Shown: positions 10,685 through 21,715 of the stretch, one piece after another
Numbering within the stretch: position 1 is the stretch's first letter
How the letters are laid out: the number at the start of each line of letters is the position of its first letter
Assembly: GCA_963797095.1 (NCBI GenBank)
Contig: CAWCNY010000002.1
Location: forward strand, 800,001-864,000
DNA: 64,000 bases
Reading direction: 5' to 3'
From: an uncultured Chloroflexia bacterium
GTDB lineage: Bacteria > Chloroflexota > Chloroflexia > QHBQ01 > JADMIH01
Notes under the pieces: model-generated
Databases searched by the model: none
Seen by the model: the letters and a program-made list of their open reading frames with translations, nothing else
Told to the model about the DNA's origin: nothing
Translations under genes and position numbers: made by a program

Positions 10685-10806
10685 ATCTACTTCGTGGCGA
10701 TCATTGAACGCTTGTTACTTGTGCTCGCTACTTGCCGGTCATTTACCTTAACATAATATCAAGCCAAAAGGTACGCAAAAAGGCGTAGTACCCCCGCTCA
10801 ATTCGG

Positions 10807-10836
10807 AGTATAGCACCCGTGATTCAGGGGTGTCAA
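10807..10836 (-). promoter_or_regulatory. Sigma70-type promoter for sbcD
   Basis: TTGACA-18 bp-TATACT on the minus strand. Confidence 0.65.
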
Positions 10837-11022
10837 CCCTGACTTATGGTACAATAGGCATACTCCTAATGCGTATTGCGTACTATTCCGGACTACACCC
10901 AGACGAAGGACGATTGATGAAGGACGATGGATTAAAGTAATTCTTGGTTCTGATTACCGACTACCGACTACCGACGACCAGGAACTTTCGTCCTTCGTCC
11001 CCATAACAGGGGAGAACGTTCA

Positions 11023-12105
11023 ATGACTCACAGAGTTACCCTTATTCCAGGTGACGGCATCGGGCCGGAGATTTCGCAGGCCACCCAGCGCGTGATCGAT
11101 GCGCTTGGTGCTGGCATTGAGTGGGACGTGATGGACGCGGGCGAGGCGGCCATTGCGCGCACGGGCCAACCTCTTCCGCCGGAGGTGGTCGAATCGGTGC
11201 GCCGCAACAAGGTAGCCATCAAAGGGCCGATCACTACCCCCGTAGGCAAAGGCTTCAGGTCGGTAAACGTCGGCCTTCGTAAGTCGCTCGACCTCTACGC
11301 CAATATACGCCCCTGCAAGACCCGCAAGGGTGTCCGCTCGCGCTACGAAGGGATAGATCTGGTGGTGGTGCGCGAAAACACCGAAGACCTATATGCGGGC
11401 ATAGAGTTTGCCGAGGGCACGCCCGAAGTAGCCGAGCTTATACAGTGGATCGGCCAGAAGAGCGGTGCCGCTATCCGCCCCGACTCTGCCATCTCCATCA
11501 AACCGATCTCTATAAGTGGCAGCAGGCGTATCGCGGAGTTCGCCTTCAAGTATGCCGAGGAAAACGGGCGAAGAAAGGTGAGCGCCGTCCACAAGGCCAA
11601 CATTATGAAGGCCACCGACGGCCTCTATTTGCGTGTGGCCGAGGAAGTGGCAGCCAGTCACCCCTCGATCGCCTTCGAGAACGTGATCGTAGACAACATG
11701 TGCATGCAGCTGGTACAGAAGCCCGACCTGTATGATGTGCTGGTGCTACCCAACCTCTATGGCGACATCATATCCGACCTTTGCGCGGGCCTCGTCGGAG
11801 GGTTAGGGGTGGCCCCTGGTGCCAACATCGGCGGTGGAGTAGCCCTCTTTGAGCCGATCCACGGCAGCGCGCCCAAATACGCGGGCCAGAACAAGGTCAA
11901 CCCGATGGCGATGATGTACTCAGGCGTGATGATGCTCAACTGGATCGATGAGCGCGCAGCCGCTGACCGCCTCGAGCGCGCCCTCGATGAGACCATAGCC
12001 GAAGGCGTCGATGTCACTTACGACCTCAAGCAGCGCCGTGACGACCCCACCGCCAAGAGTACATCCGAGGTTGCAGATGCCCTAATAAGAAAGCTTCGCG
12101 GTTGA
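11023..12105 (+). CDS. Isocitrate/isopropylmalate dehydrogenase family, probably NAD-dependent isocitrate dehydrogenase
   Basis: Motifs [54 protein letters not shown]. Confidence 0.9.
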   Translation: MTHRVTLIPGDGIGPEISQATQRVIDALGAGIEWDVMDAGEAAIARTGQPLPPEVVESVRRNKVAIKGPITTPVGKGFRSVNVGLRKSLDLYANIRPCKTRKGVRSRYEGIDLVVVRENTEDLYAGIEFAEGTPEVAELIQWIGQKSGAAIRPDSAISIKPISISGSRRIAEFAFKYAEENGRRKVSAVHKANIMKATDGLYLRVAEEVAASHPSIAFENVIVDNMCMQLVQKPDLYDVLVLPNLYGDIISDLCAGLVGGLGVAPGANIGGGVALFEPIHGSAPKYAGQNKVNPMAMMYSGVMMLNWIDERAAADRLERALDETIAEGVDVTYDLKQRRDDPTAKSTSEVADALIRKLRG

Positions 12106-12133
12106 TATTTGCCCGTCACCCTTGCGCTAAAGG

Positions 12134-12164
12134 ATCCCGTCTTTCAACAGACGGGATTTTTCTT
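12134..12164 (+). terminator. Intrinsic terminator
   Basis: Stem ATCCCGTCT/AGACGGGAT followed by TTTTCTT. Confidence 0.85.
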
Positions 12165-12465
12165 ATCCATTATGTCTCTTGCTTGTTATGGGGAAGCGAT
12201 TGCGCAGTCTGACCCGCCCGTTTAATATCTTCTCCTCTATTCGGAATATGGTATAATTAACCCACAACTGAATGATATGTATGCATTGAATTGTAGTGCC
12301 GGGTCTTGCACGTCTGCTACAGATGGGCGTAGTCGGTGAAGATTCATTACTTCACCGGCTGTGAGTTTACCATATACAACCAGGACTTGGCTGCACTCTC
12401 CTGGCGGTGCATCCGACATTCTTGTTAAGCGTTCAACTGCTTGTCAGATGAAGGAGGGTTCGATC

Positions 12466-14775
12466 ATGTGGCATCAGAGAACTTTCTGGTGCAAGATAGC
12501 TCGCGCTCATACGTCGGTAAGCGTCTGGCGAACACGATATCCTCAATATATGCCTATCTCTGTGGTCGTGATAAGCCTGGTGCTATCGACCTTGTCTCTC
12601 ACGGTTCGTCTTTTATTAGCCCCCGCCAATGCAGGCATTGATGATGCCTGGTGGAGTGCAAGCGCATACATCTATCTTACCTCTTTCGCTGTTGTGCTCC
12701 TGGGTCTCCTCTTGAACAAGCGTGTATCAGCTTTCCGTCCCATATTGGCCGCCGGGTCTATATATGAGGACAACAGGTGCGCACCCAGTGATATGGTCCC
12801 GATAGTCGGCTCAGATGAGCAATCCGTCAGCGATACAGAGCGGCACAGCGCGCATGGCGATCACGAGAATATTGAAGAGGCGCTAAAGACCAGTCGTGCG
12901 CATCTGGCGGGCATCATCGGCTCTGCGATGGATGCCGTTATCACCATCGATGAGGAGCAACGCATTCTCATCTTCAACTCCGCAGCCGAGCGCATGTTCA
13001 GTTATAGCGCGAATGATGTGATAGGCCACCCCCTTGAAACTCTTATCCCTAAGCGCTTCAGAAAGGCTCATGCCAAACACATAAAGAATTTCGCGCTAAC
13101 GAATATCACCAACCGCAGGATGGGTTCCCTCGGCCAGCTAATGGGTCTACGCTCTACCGGGGAAGAGTTTTACATAGAGGCGTCCATTTCCCAGCTTGTA
13201 TCGGGCAAGCAAAAGCTCTTCACCGTTATCCTCCGTGATATCACCGAGCGTATACACGCCGAAGAAGCCCTGCGTGCTTCCGAAGCCAGGTACCGCGATC
13301 TTATTGAGCAAGCCGCCGACGGCATCATACTCTCTGATCGCGACGCAAACCTGATCGAAGTGAACAGAAGGGCTTGCGAAATGCTTGGCTACACACGAGA
13401 AGAACTCCTCGGCCTGAACCTTGCCGACTTGATACCTGCGGCAGACCTTGCCGCGCAACCTCTGGGCCATAAGACCCTGGCCACCGGTGAAACGATGTTA
13501 CAGGAGCGTAACCTGAGGCGAAAAGACGGCGCCCCGATCCCTGTTGAGAGTACCATCAAGAAGCTTGTCGATGGTACTGTACAATCAATAGTGCGTGATA
13601 TTACCGAGCGTAAGAGATCGGAGGAATTGCGCAAGGCGAAGGAAGTCGCCGAAGAAGCCAATAGGGCCAAAAGCGATTTCCTGTCTCGCATGAGCCATGA
13701 GCTACGCACACCCCTCAACTCTATCCTGGGGTTCGGGCAACTCCTTACCCTCGACAATATAACTCCGTCCCAGGCCGAGAACGTCAGTCAGATCCTGAAA
13801 GGTGGTTGGCATCTGCTCGACTTGATAAATGAGGTGTTGGACATTTCGCGGGTCGAGACAGGACGCCTCTCCCTCTCTCCTGAGCCGGTGCTGGCTTCAA
13901 CCCTGCTCAATGAATGCCTCCAATTGTCTCGTGTCATCGCCGACGAGCGTCAAATTATTATGTCCTCACCTGCCCCGGGCACGACCAACGTATATGTGCT
14001 GGCCGACCGTCAGCGCCTTACCCAGGTAATACTCAATCTGTTCGCCAATGCCATTAAATACAACCGCACGGGTGGTAGCGTAAGTGTATCCTGCACGGTG
14101 AACGCCGCAAAGACCCTCCGCATCAATGTCAGCGATACCGGCTATGGCATCCCAAAGGAGAAGATGCCCAGGCTCTTTACCCCCTTCGACCGCCTGGGAG
14201 CGGAAACCAGTGGAGTTGAAGGGACCGGCCTGGGGCTGGCGCTCTCCAAGAAGCTCATCGAGGCTATGCACGGGGATATCGGAGCAGAAAGTGTGAGCAA
14301 TAAAGGAAGCACTTTCTGGGTGGAGCTTCCCATAGCTGAAAGCCAGCTTGAGCGATTGGAGCGGGAAGAGATGCGGATCTTCCCGCAGGATATAGCGGCT
14401 ATGAAGACAAGCATCATTCTCTATATTGAGGATAACCTTGCGAATCTAAAACTGGTAGAGCGTCTCCTCGCTCGTTACCCGAACCTTACTTTACTTTCAG
14501 CGATGCAAGGCAGGCTTGGGATAGACCTGGCCCGGCAAGAGAAGCCCGATCTCATACTCCTCGATCTGCATCTGCCGGATATACATGGTGAAGAAGTGTT
14601 GCGTATGATGAAGACAGACCCTCTCACTGATTCGATCCCCGTGATCATAATCAGCGCCGATGCCACAAAGCGCGAGATGGATCTGTTGCGCACCGAAGGC
14701 GCTTACGCCTATCTGACCAAGCCTTTCGACGTCAGAAAATTCATCGATCTGGTGGAGGCTGTCCTGAAGCCGTGA
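12466..14775 (+). CDS. Hybrid sensor histidine kinase (2 TM, 2 PAS, HisKA, HATPase, receiver)
   Basis: FLSRMSHELRTPLN, NAIKYN, DTGYGI, GTGLGL and receiver ILLDLHLP. The first PAS resembles FixL-type domains. AAGGAGG RBS before ATG 12466. Confidence 0.93.
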   Translation: MWHQRTFWCKIARAHTSVSVWRTRYPQYMPISVVVISLVLSTLSLTVRLLLAPANAGIDDAWWSASAYIYLTSFAVVLLGLLLNKRVSAFRPILAAGSIYEDNRCAPSDMVPIVGSDEQSVSDTERHSAHGDHENIEEALKTSRAHLAGIIGSAMDAVITIDEEQRILIFNSAAERMFSYSANDVIGHPLETLIPKRFRKAHAKHIKNFALTNITNRRMGSLGQLMGLRSTGEEFYIEASISQLVSGKQKLFTVILRDITERIHAEEALRASEARYRDLIEQAADGIILSDRDANLIEVNRRACEMLGYTREELLGLNLADLIPAADLAAQPLGHKTLATGETMLQERNLRRKDGAPIPVESTIKKLVDGTVQSIVRDITERKRSEELRKAKEVAEEANRAKSDFLSRMSHELRTPLNSILGFGQLLTLDNITPSQAENVSQILKGGWHLLDLINEVLDISRVETGRLSLSPEPVLASTLLNECLQLSRVIADERQIIMSSPAPGTTNVYVLADRQRLTQVILNLFANAIKYNRTGGSVSVSCTVNAAKTLRINVSDTGYGIPKEKMPRLFTPFDRLGAETSGVEGTGLGLALSKKLIEAMHGDIGAESVSNKGSTFWVELPIAESQLERLEREEMRIFPQDIAAMKTSIILYIEDNLANLKLVERLLARYPNLTLLSAMQGRLGIDLARQEKPDLILLDLHLPDIHGEEVLRMMKTDPLTDSIPVIIISADATKREMDLLRTEGAYAYLTKPFDVRKFIDLVEAVLKP

Positions 14776-14899
14776 CCATTATATTACTAGGACCATCGCG
14801 TACGAAATCTAGGAGAATAGTAGGGCGGCCCACGGGCCGCCTCGTTGCTATAATTGAAACTGCAACGTATACAATACGCCGAATCCAACTCAGCGTCTT

Positions 14900-16240
14900 A
14901 TGGAAATCTCCTTCCCACAGGCAACGGCTGAAACAAGCAGCCCAAAGGCCGCCACCCAGCCGGCTGATATCTCATCGCAAAGCCTTCCTATAGAGGGGGC
15001 TTCGTCGCGCATCTGGCAGCGGCTCTTTGTGCTGGCTGTGTTTGCGATGGTCATGCTCATGGTGCTCAGGCCGTTCTATATGCCCGTAATCAACGGCGAC
15101 CATTATGTCTACCTGGCCGAGCACCTGGTCCATGGCGAATTGTCGGTAAACGACATCCCCGCCGGTTACTCCGACGTTATCACCTGGCAGGGCGATAAAT
15201 ATCTCCCCTTCGGCCCGTTGCCTGCCGTGTTGCTCGTTCCGTTCCTCCCGCTAATGCACCTGCTCGGTACACGCGAGTCTTCCCTGGCGGCCTACTTGCT
15301 CACCCTGCTCAACGTCTTGCTCCTCGCCCGCATCCTCAAGCAAATCGGCATCAGCGACGAGCAGCGAAAATGGGCGCTTCTGCTAATGTTTGGGGGTACA
15401 GTCTACTTCTCTATGGCAGTGGTAGCTGCTACGTGGTACTTCGCGCATATAGTTGCCACCACTTGCCTGTTGCTTGCGATTACCGAGGCGCTGGGCAAGA
15501 AGCGTATGCTCCTGGTCGGGCTATGCCTGGGGCTGGCCGAGGCGACCCGCTTCGACCTCTTGTTCGCGCTACCTTTCTTCGTGTGGGCCATCTGGCAAGG
15601 CCGAAACGTCACCCAGGATAATACCCAAGCCCATGTGAACTGGCATGATTATCTTTCCAGTTATTCTTTGATTCGTTATGCTGCCCTTCTTGGAGGTTTG
15701 ACAGTGCCTCTCTTGTTGGTTTTGGGTTACAACTATGGTCGTTTCGGCAGCCCATTTGAGAATGGTTATGGCTTGGCAGCGGTAACAAGCCCCATGCTGG
15801 CGGCGGCCTACGAGGGCGGATTCTTTAGCTTGGCGCACCTTCCTAAAAACCTCTTTGCACTCCTGCTCCAAGGCCCGCTCCCTTACCCTGCGGAAGATGC
15901 AGCTACCTTACAATTCCCCTATATGCAACCCTCACCCTGGGGTATGAGTATCCTGCTGACCTCACCTGCTATTCTCTACGCGTTTCGGGCTAAATGGAAA
16001 GAGCCTCTGGTACGTGCTTGCTGGGTAACCACAATCGCGATTGGTGCCACTCTCCTACCTTACTACTGGACGGGGTTCGTGCAGTTCGGCTACCGCTACG
16101 CCCTAGACTTCATCCCATTCTTGCTGTTGCTGGTTGCCCTTGGTCTACCGAAGCCGCTGACCGCATGGTCCCGCGTCTTGATCCTCATTAGCGTGGCGGT
16201 CAATATCTGGGGTGCTATTTTCCTGGCTAAGTGGATATAG
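14900..16240 (+). CDS. Multi-pass membrane protein, putative GT-C glycosyltransferase
   Basis: About 10 hydrophobic segments; motifs 'YNYGRFGSPFENGY' and 'QFGYRYALDF'; converges on a GT4 gene. Confidence 0.6.
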   Translation: MEISFPQATAETSSPKAATQPADISSQSLPIEGASSRIWQRLFVLAVFAMVMLMVLRPFYMPVINGDHYVYLAEHLVHGELSVNDIPAGYSDVITWQGDKYLPFGPLPAVLLVPFLPLMHLLGTRESSLAAYLLTLLNVLLLARILKQIGISDEQRKWALLLMFGGTVYFSMAVVAATWYFAHIVATTCLLLAITEALGKKRMLLVGLCLGLAEATRFDLLFALPFFVWAIWQGRNVTQDNTQAHVNWHDYLSSYSLIRYAALLGGLTVPLLLVLGYNYGRFGSPFENGYGLAAVTSPMLAAAYEGGFFSLAHLPKNLFALLLQGPLPYPAEDAATLQFPYMQPSPWGMSILLTSPAILYAFRAKWKEPLVRACWVTTIAIGATLLPYYWTGFVQFGYRYALDFIPFLLLLVALGLPKPLTAWSRVLILISVAVNIWGAIFLAKWI

Positions 16241-16312
16241 GGGCTACAGCCTCTTCACAACCCTACCCTGTAGACCGGCATAGCCGTCTTTTCCATAGCC
16301 GCCGTTTGCACC

Positions 16313-17593
16313 TCACCGGTCATGGTAGGTTTTCCAGCTTAACTTATCCCCGGTGCCATGTTCTTCCAGGCGTTCCTTCCGGCTCTTTACTGACCTGTGG
16401 GCCGTAGCGCGTTCATACACGCTTTCTATCCTGCCTGTAGCCTCTTCCCATGATAGCTCGCGTATTGCCTTCTCCCTTAGCCTCCGCCCGATCTCCCTGG
16501 CCTCCACCGGGTTGTCCACTACCGCGCACAACTTCTCTGCCAGCGCGCGCGAGTTGCCCCTTTCAGCATACACCCCCAGGTCGCCCAGGTATTCGTGGCT
16601 GATCGGCATCTCGAACGCCACCACGGGCAGCCCCATAGCCATATAGTTGCCGATCTTCCCTGCACCCTCGGTGGCCGACAATTTGGGTGCGACCGCCACA
16701 TCTCCCAACGCGAGGTAGCGCGGCGCGTCTCCGTACGGTATCCTCCCTGGAAAGCTCACCCACCCGTTCAGGCCAAGCTGATCGGCCTGGCTCCTGTACG
16801 TATCGACGCCAGGGAACCCCATGATCAGAAAATGGATGTCTCGCCGTCCCCACTCATTGATGATAATGGCGGCTGCTTCCAGCAGCAGGTCGGTGCCCTG
16901 GTACGGCGCGAGCAAACCCAGGTACGCCACTACTTTGTGGTCGAGTGGGATGCCCAGCGACTGCCTCAATGCCCTGCACGCCGCCCGTTCCATATCACTT
17001 GCAGGAGGCGCGAAACTGGCAGTGTTTACCGCGTCCGCCACCGTCGCGATCCTATCCGAATAATCGCCTGTAGCCGCCCGCAATGCGCTCTCCGCGTTAT
17101 GTGAAGAGGTGATCACGGCATCTGCCGCCCCGTCGATCCTGCGCTCAAGCCATGTAAGAGGCTTAAGGAATGAGGAGTTTTCGCCTATGAAATGATGATC
17201 CAGCATCTCCGCCGTCATGCTCCCCTGGTAATCGAACACCAGCGGCACATGGCGGATCTGCCTCACCGTCCACCCCAGCAACGCGCCCTCATGTATATGG
17301 GCGTGCACAATATCGGGCCGGAACCGGGCTGCCTCCCTTTGCACGGTAGCAAGCAGCGCCAGGTCGAAATACAATTTGTGGCGCGATGAACCGACCATCA
17401 CACCCCGCTTCCAGGGCACATCTATAGAGCGGCGTATATCTATGCCGTCAAGATTATTGCCCGTATGATATGTGCAGAGGAGGACAGAGTGACCGCGGCG
17501 CTGGAGGTGGGTGATCTCCTCCAGGATTCGGACGTGCGCGCCGTAGTCGGAGAAAAATGAGGTAGGTGCTATCGATAGTATGCGGTATGCCAA
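16313..17593 (-). CDS. Glycosyltransferase family 4
   Basis: RILSIAPTSF, DIVHAH, YLGLLAPYQG, YMAMGLPVVA. Start moved to TTG 17593 because a consensus promoter lies inside the longer ORF. Confidence 0.88.
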   Translation of the reverse strand: MAYRILSIAPTSFFSDYGAHVRILEEITHLQRRGHSVLLCTYHTGNNLDGIDIRRSIDVPWKRGVMVGSSRHKLYFDLALLATVQREAARFRPDIVHAHIHEGALLGWTVRQIRHVPLVFDYQGSMTAEMLDHHFIGENSSFLKPLTWLERRIDGAADAVITSSHNAESALRAATGDYSDRIATVADAVNTASFAPPASDMERAACRALRQSLGIPLDHKVVAYLGLLAPYQGTDLLLEAAAIIINEWGRRDIHFLIMGFPGVDTYRSQADQLGLNGWVSFPGRIPYGDAPRYLALGDVAVAPKLSATEGAGKIGNYMAMGLPVVAFEMPISHEYLGDLGVYAERGNSRALAEKLCAVVDNPVEAREIGRRLREKAIRELSWEEATGRIESVYERATAHRSVKSRKERLEEHGTGDKLSWKTYHDR

Positions 17594-17629
17594 TAATCTG
17601 TGCCCGGTGTCTGCTGGTTTCTGCCTGTC

Positions 17630-17659
17630 ATTATATGGCCCTCCATCCGCGAGTGTCAA
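17630..17659 (-). promoter_or_regulatory. Consensus sigma70 promoter for the GT4 gene
   Basis: TTGACA-18 bp-TATAAT on the minus strand. Confidence 0.7.
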
Positions 17660-17730
17660 ATTTGTTAGGACATAAGTGATCTGGAACAAAATATGCTTCC
17701 TCTATGTAAGCACCGCACAGGAGGTCCAAA

Positions 17731-18147
17731 GTGAACGCCACCAACCCAAAAGCCCCAATTCGCCGCTTCGACGTGTTCGCGGAGTACACCAAGCAGAAGG
17801 CTATGCAGGACGGAATGCCCGAAGACGAAGCTGAGGGCTACGGCCTGTGGGTCGCCAAAGTAGTTGCCTCGCGCCGTTACGGTGGCGGGCCACCTGCCCA
17901 GCCTCCTCGTAAAGGCGGCGGCCACAAAGGCGAGACCGAACAGGAACACGAGCAGCAGCCCAAACCCAAATGGCACGACCTCGGAGGTGAGCCGCAGACC
18001 GACGCCCTATTCGAGCGCGAAGTCGTTGGGCGCATGGGCCGTCAGTTCTACAACACCGTGTTCGCCCCCGCCATAGAAGACGCCCTGGCCCAGGGCAAAA
18101 GCTACACGGCCATCCGCGACACGATCCGCAAGGACTGGAAGCCGTAA
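17731..18147 (+). CDS. Hypothetical protein
   Basis: AGGAGG RBS before GTG; codon use matches the host; ends at a bidirectional terminator. Confidence 0.75.
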   Translation: MNATNPKAPIRRFDVFAEYTKQKAMQDGMPEDEAEGYGLWVAKVVASRRYGGGPPAQPPRKGGGHKGETEQEHEQQPKPKWHDLGGEPQTDALFEREVVGRMGRQFYNTVFAPAIEDALAQGKSYTAIRDTIRKDWKP

Positions 18148-18155
18148 AAACCCAG

Positions 18156-18204
18156 GTACAAAGAGAAAGCAGTAGGCATCGCGCCTACTGCTTTCTCTTT
18201 GTAC
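18156..18204. terminator. Bidirectional terminator between convergent genes
   Basis: Perfect 22-bp stem GTACAAAGAGAAAGCAGTAGGC / GCCTACTGCTTTCTCTTTGTAC. Confidence 0.85.
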
Positions 18205-18212
18205 TCTACTTT

Positions 18213-20609
18213 TCATGCGCCCCGCGCCACGTATTCCTGTTCCACAGGCTCCTTGCCATCCCACTCGGTGATGTGCCCGCAACGGATGCACTTCACCTTC
18301 TGTGGGCCTTCCTGCTTCTGCGTGCGCCCTACCACCGTCATGAGGCCGCCGCATTGCGGGCAGGGTAGAGGCACGGGCCTATCCCACGTAGAGAATTCAC
18401 AGTCGGGGTAGCGGCTGCACGAGTAAAAGATACGTCCCTTCTTGCTTTTCTTTTCGATCAACTGCCCTTCCCCGCACTGCGGACATTCCACCCCTGTGCT
18501 CACCACGATGGGGCGCGTGTATCTACACTTGGGGAAGCCTGAGCACGCTATGAACGGCCCGAACCTGCTCTCCCGTATCACAAGCTCGTGCCCCGACAGG
18601 GGACATAACTCCCCTATCTTCTCAGGCTCCGGCCTGGCGACCTCGATCCGGCCAACGCTCGTTTCGGCTGCTGCCAGCGCCCGTTCGAGCGGCCCGTAGA
18701 ACTCCGATATCACAGGCTGCCAGCGGCGGTCGCCCGATGCCACGTCGTCCAACTCCTCTTCCATATTAGAGGTGAAGCCGATATCCACTATGTCAGGGAA
18801 GTACTCTACCAGCAGATCGTTCACCGCGATCCCCAGGTCTGTCGGCAGGAATTTCTTCTCCTCCTTCACCACGTAGCCCCGGTCCTGTATGGTCGATAGG
18901 ATAGGCGCGTATGTAGATGGTCTGCCGATCCCTTGCTCCTCCAGCGTCTTGACCAGCGTGGCCTCCGTATACCGGGGTGGCGGTTGGGTGAAGTGCTGCT
19001 CAGGCCACAGCTTGAGCAGATCGAGCAACTCCCCTTCGGTCAGAGGCGGTAGGGCTGCCTGGTCCATCTCGTCCTCGGCGTCTCCGGCGTCGTGCCCCTC
19101 TCTGTACACGGATATGAACCCGGCAAACTTGATAACCGATCCGGTTGCCCTGAACGTATAGGGCCTTCGTCCCTCAGATTTTCCATTCTGGCCCTTGGCT
19201 TGCCGCCCATCGCCCGATGCCCACAGTTCATCGTCTGCCTTGCCTGCCCCCACATCCACCGTTGTCTGGTCGAATATGGCGTTAGCCATCTGCGATGCGA
19301 TGAACCTCTGCCAGATCAGCTTGTACAGGCGATACTGGTCCGACGAAAGATACTGCTTGATCCCATCCGGGTCTCGTCTCGCCAGCGTGGGGCGGACCGC
19401 CTCGTGCGCCTCCTGTGCGCGGGGGTTCTTGCGTGCATACACCGGCGGCGACCCAGGCACGAACTCTTTTCCAAAGCGCTCGGCGATTACCTCGCGTGCC
19501 TCTGCCTGTGCAACGCTCGCCACGTTGGTCGAGTCGGTCCTCATATACGTGATGAGTCCCGTGGACCCTTCTACTCCGATCTCTATCCCTTCGTACAACT
19601 GCTGCGCGATCAACATCGTCTTGCGCGCCGCGAAGTTAAACTTGCGTGATGCCTCTTGTTGGAGAGTAGATGTCGTGAAAGGCGGCGAAGGTCTCCGTTG
19701 CGCCTCGCGTTTCTTGACGCTCTCCACTACATATTCTGCGCTCTTGAGCGCGGTCATCACCCCATCCGCGTCCTCAGCGTTCTTCAGTTCGGGCTTCTTG
19801 CCCCTGATCAGCGCCAGTAGCGAATGGAATAAATCCTTCTTCTTGCCCGATGGGCGCTTGCTCAGGTCGGCCTCTATGCTCCAGTACTCTTCCGGTATAA
19901 ACGCATCGATCTCGCGCTCGCGCTCGACCACGAGGCGCACAGCCACGCTCTGCACCCTGCCGGCCGATAGCCCCCGCCGTACCTTCTTCCACAGCAGCGG
20001 CGACAGTTTGTAGCCGACCAGCCTGTCGAGCACTCTCCGTGCCTGTTGTGCGTCTACCATCCGCATATCGATCTCTCGCGGGCTGGATACAGCGGCCTGC
20101 ACCGCGCCCGGCGTGATTTCGTGGAACTCCACCCTGTACACCGGCTGCCCGCCGTTGCCCGCGCCCGTCACCTCGCGCACGTGCCACGCGATAGCCTCGC
20201 CCTCGCGGTCGGGGTCCGTCGCCAGGTATACTGCCCGCGCCGTTTGCACCCTCCCCTTGAGGTCCTTGACCGTCTTGCTCTTGTCTCGGGGTACCACGTA
20301 TTGAGGCGCGAATCCGTGCTCAACATCCACCCCCAGAGTCGACTTGGGGAGGTCGCGCACGTGCCCCATGCTCGCTTCTACAACGAAGTTGCGCCCTAAA
20401 TACTTCTTGATCGTCCTGGCCTTGGCGGGTGACTCCACGATCACGAGGTTGGTGCTCCCCCGTGTAACAGGCCCATTCCCCGACGCCCGTGTGGACCTCG
20501 CCGTGGTCGAGCGCGTGGTCGTGCTTTTGCCTTTAGAAGCTGCTGTGCTTCTGCTTTTACTTGTTGTTGTGGCACCTGTCGTGCCGCTGGTTTTTCTGGT
20601 GGTTGCCAT
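18213..20609 (-). CDS. topA: DNA topoisomerase I
   Basis: LVIVESPAKA, LATDPDREGEAI, SAGRVQS, ITYMRTD (catalytic Tyr), GIGRPSTY; C-terminal C4 zinc fingers; S/T/K-rich N-terminal extension. Confidence 0.97.
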   Translation of the reverse strand: MATTRKTSGTTGATTTSKSRSTAASKGKSTTTRSTTARSTRASGNGPVTRGSTNLVIVESPAKARTIKKYLGRNFVVEASMGHVRDLPKSTLGVDVEHGFAPQYVVPRDKSKTVKDLKGRVQTARAVYLATDPDREGEAIAWHVREVTGAGNGGQPVYRVEFHEITPGAVQAAVSSPREIDMRMVDAQQARRVLDRLVGYKLSPLLWKKVRRGLSAGRVQSVAVRLVVEREREIDAFIPEEYWSIEADLSKRPSGKKKDLFHSLLALIRGKKPELKNAEDADGVMTALKSAEYVVESVKKREAQRRPSPPFTTSTLQQEASRKFNFAARKTMLIAQQLYEGIEIGVEGSTGLITYMRTDSTNVASVAQAEAREVIAERFGKEFVPGSPPVYARKNPRAQEAHEAVRPTLARRDPDGIKQYLSSDQYRLYKLIWQRFIASQMANAIFDQTTVDVGAGKADDELWASGDGRQAKGQNGKSEGRRPYTFRATGSVIKFAGFISVYREGHDAGDAEDEMDQAALPPLTEGELLDLLKLWPEQHFTQPPPRYTEATLVKTLEEQGIGRPSTYAPILSTIQDRGYVVKEEKKFLPTDLGIAVNDLLVEYFPDIVDIGFTSNMEEELDDVASGDRRWQPVISEFYGPLERALAAAETSVGRIEVARPEPEKIGELCPLSGHELVIRESRFGPFIACSGFPKCRYTRPIVVSTGVECPQCGEGQLIEKKSKKGRIFYSCSRYPDCEFSTWDRPVPLPCPQCGGLMTVVGRTQKQEGPQKVKCIRCGHITEWDGKEPVEQEYVARGA

Positions 20610-20663
20610 TCTTTCTTGTTGTTATCCTTATTCTGTTACAGCCCAAATTGATGTGCAAGGGTA

Positions 20664-20693
20664 ATCTTACGCACATTATTACACACCTGTCAA
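20664..20693 (-). promoter_or_regulatory. Putative topA promoter
   Basis: TTGACA-18 bp-TAAGAT on the minus strand. Confidence 0.55.
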
Positions 20694-21670
20694 GCCGCAA
20701 AGCATGCAATATCCGGAATTTGCATTCGTAATTGCAAACTCATAATCTGGTGCAGCTACGTTTGTTTTCACACCATTCTCGATGCCGTTGGCGAATTGGG
20801 TTAGGCAGCAGCCAGGGCGGCGAAGGGTGATATGCGGGTAGTCGCCCTCGGTTTCTCACTCCACCACGCCGATAGTCGCCCCACATTTATCGCTACCGCT
20901 GTCAGTACATGCTGTAGATGTGTCTTTCGCTCACCCATGTACCTCGCCCGCCGCATCTCATGCCCCACCACTGCCTCTGATAGCGTTCCTTCGATATCTG
21001 CTCGCCCAGCATACACCGCTTTGAACTCTTGCGTCTGCTGCCTCATGCGCGCTCGCTCCAGAGCCTCATGCTCCGCTTGCCGGTGCAGCGTCAACTCCCG
21101 AGCCCAACTCTTGCGTCTGGTACACCGCTTCCGCACCTCACACACCCTGCACTCTGCTGCGTTGAACTGCACTTGGATGGTTGGTTTGCCCCTCGACCCT
21201 ATCTCCTCGTGCCAGTGGCGGCTGATGCGCCCTTGCGGGCAAATCGCTCGCTTGCCCGCCCAATCGATTGTGAAGGTCGTGATGTCGAAGGCCTCCGGGT
21301 CTAGAGCTTGCCAGCTTACATCGGGGCGTACCGGCCCCACCACATTCACCCCATATTCCTGCTTACTGCTTACCAGCACTTCGGCGGACGCATAGGTCGT
21401 ATCCACCAGATGCTCCCCTGGCAACCTCCCATCCTCATCTCCATCTGCGGCTGCAGCCAGGTCCCGGTGAATAAGGGACAGTGCCATGCTGTCATCCTCG
21501 GTGGCTGGGCAAGTGTGCACATGGGTTATCAAGTGCGGCATATCTGGCTCGCATGTTTCGGTAAGATGCGCTTTGTAGCCCACCCATGATACGCTGCGCT
21601 TGCTGCTGTAGCGTGCCTCTGTATCATACGGGGAAGTGATCCGCTCCGCTGCCATTGGGGTCAGTGTATC

Positions 21671-21715
21671 CTGGCTATTCTGGCTATTCTGGCTATTCTG
21701 GCTATTCTGGCTATC
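21671..21715 (-). repeat. 9-bp tandem repeat x5 (SQN) in the transposase
   Basis: (CTGGCTATT)5 on the plus strand. Confidence 0.9.
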
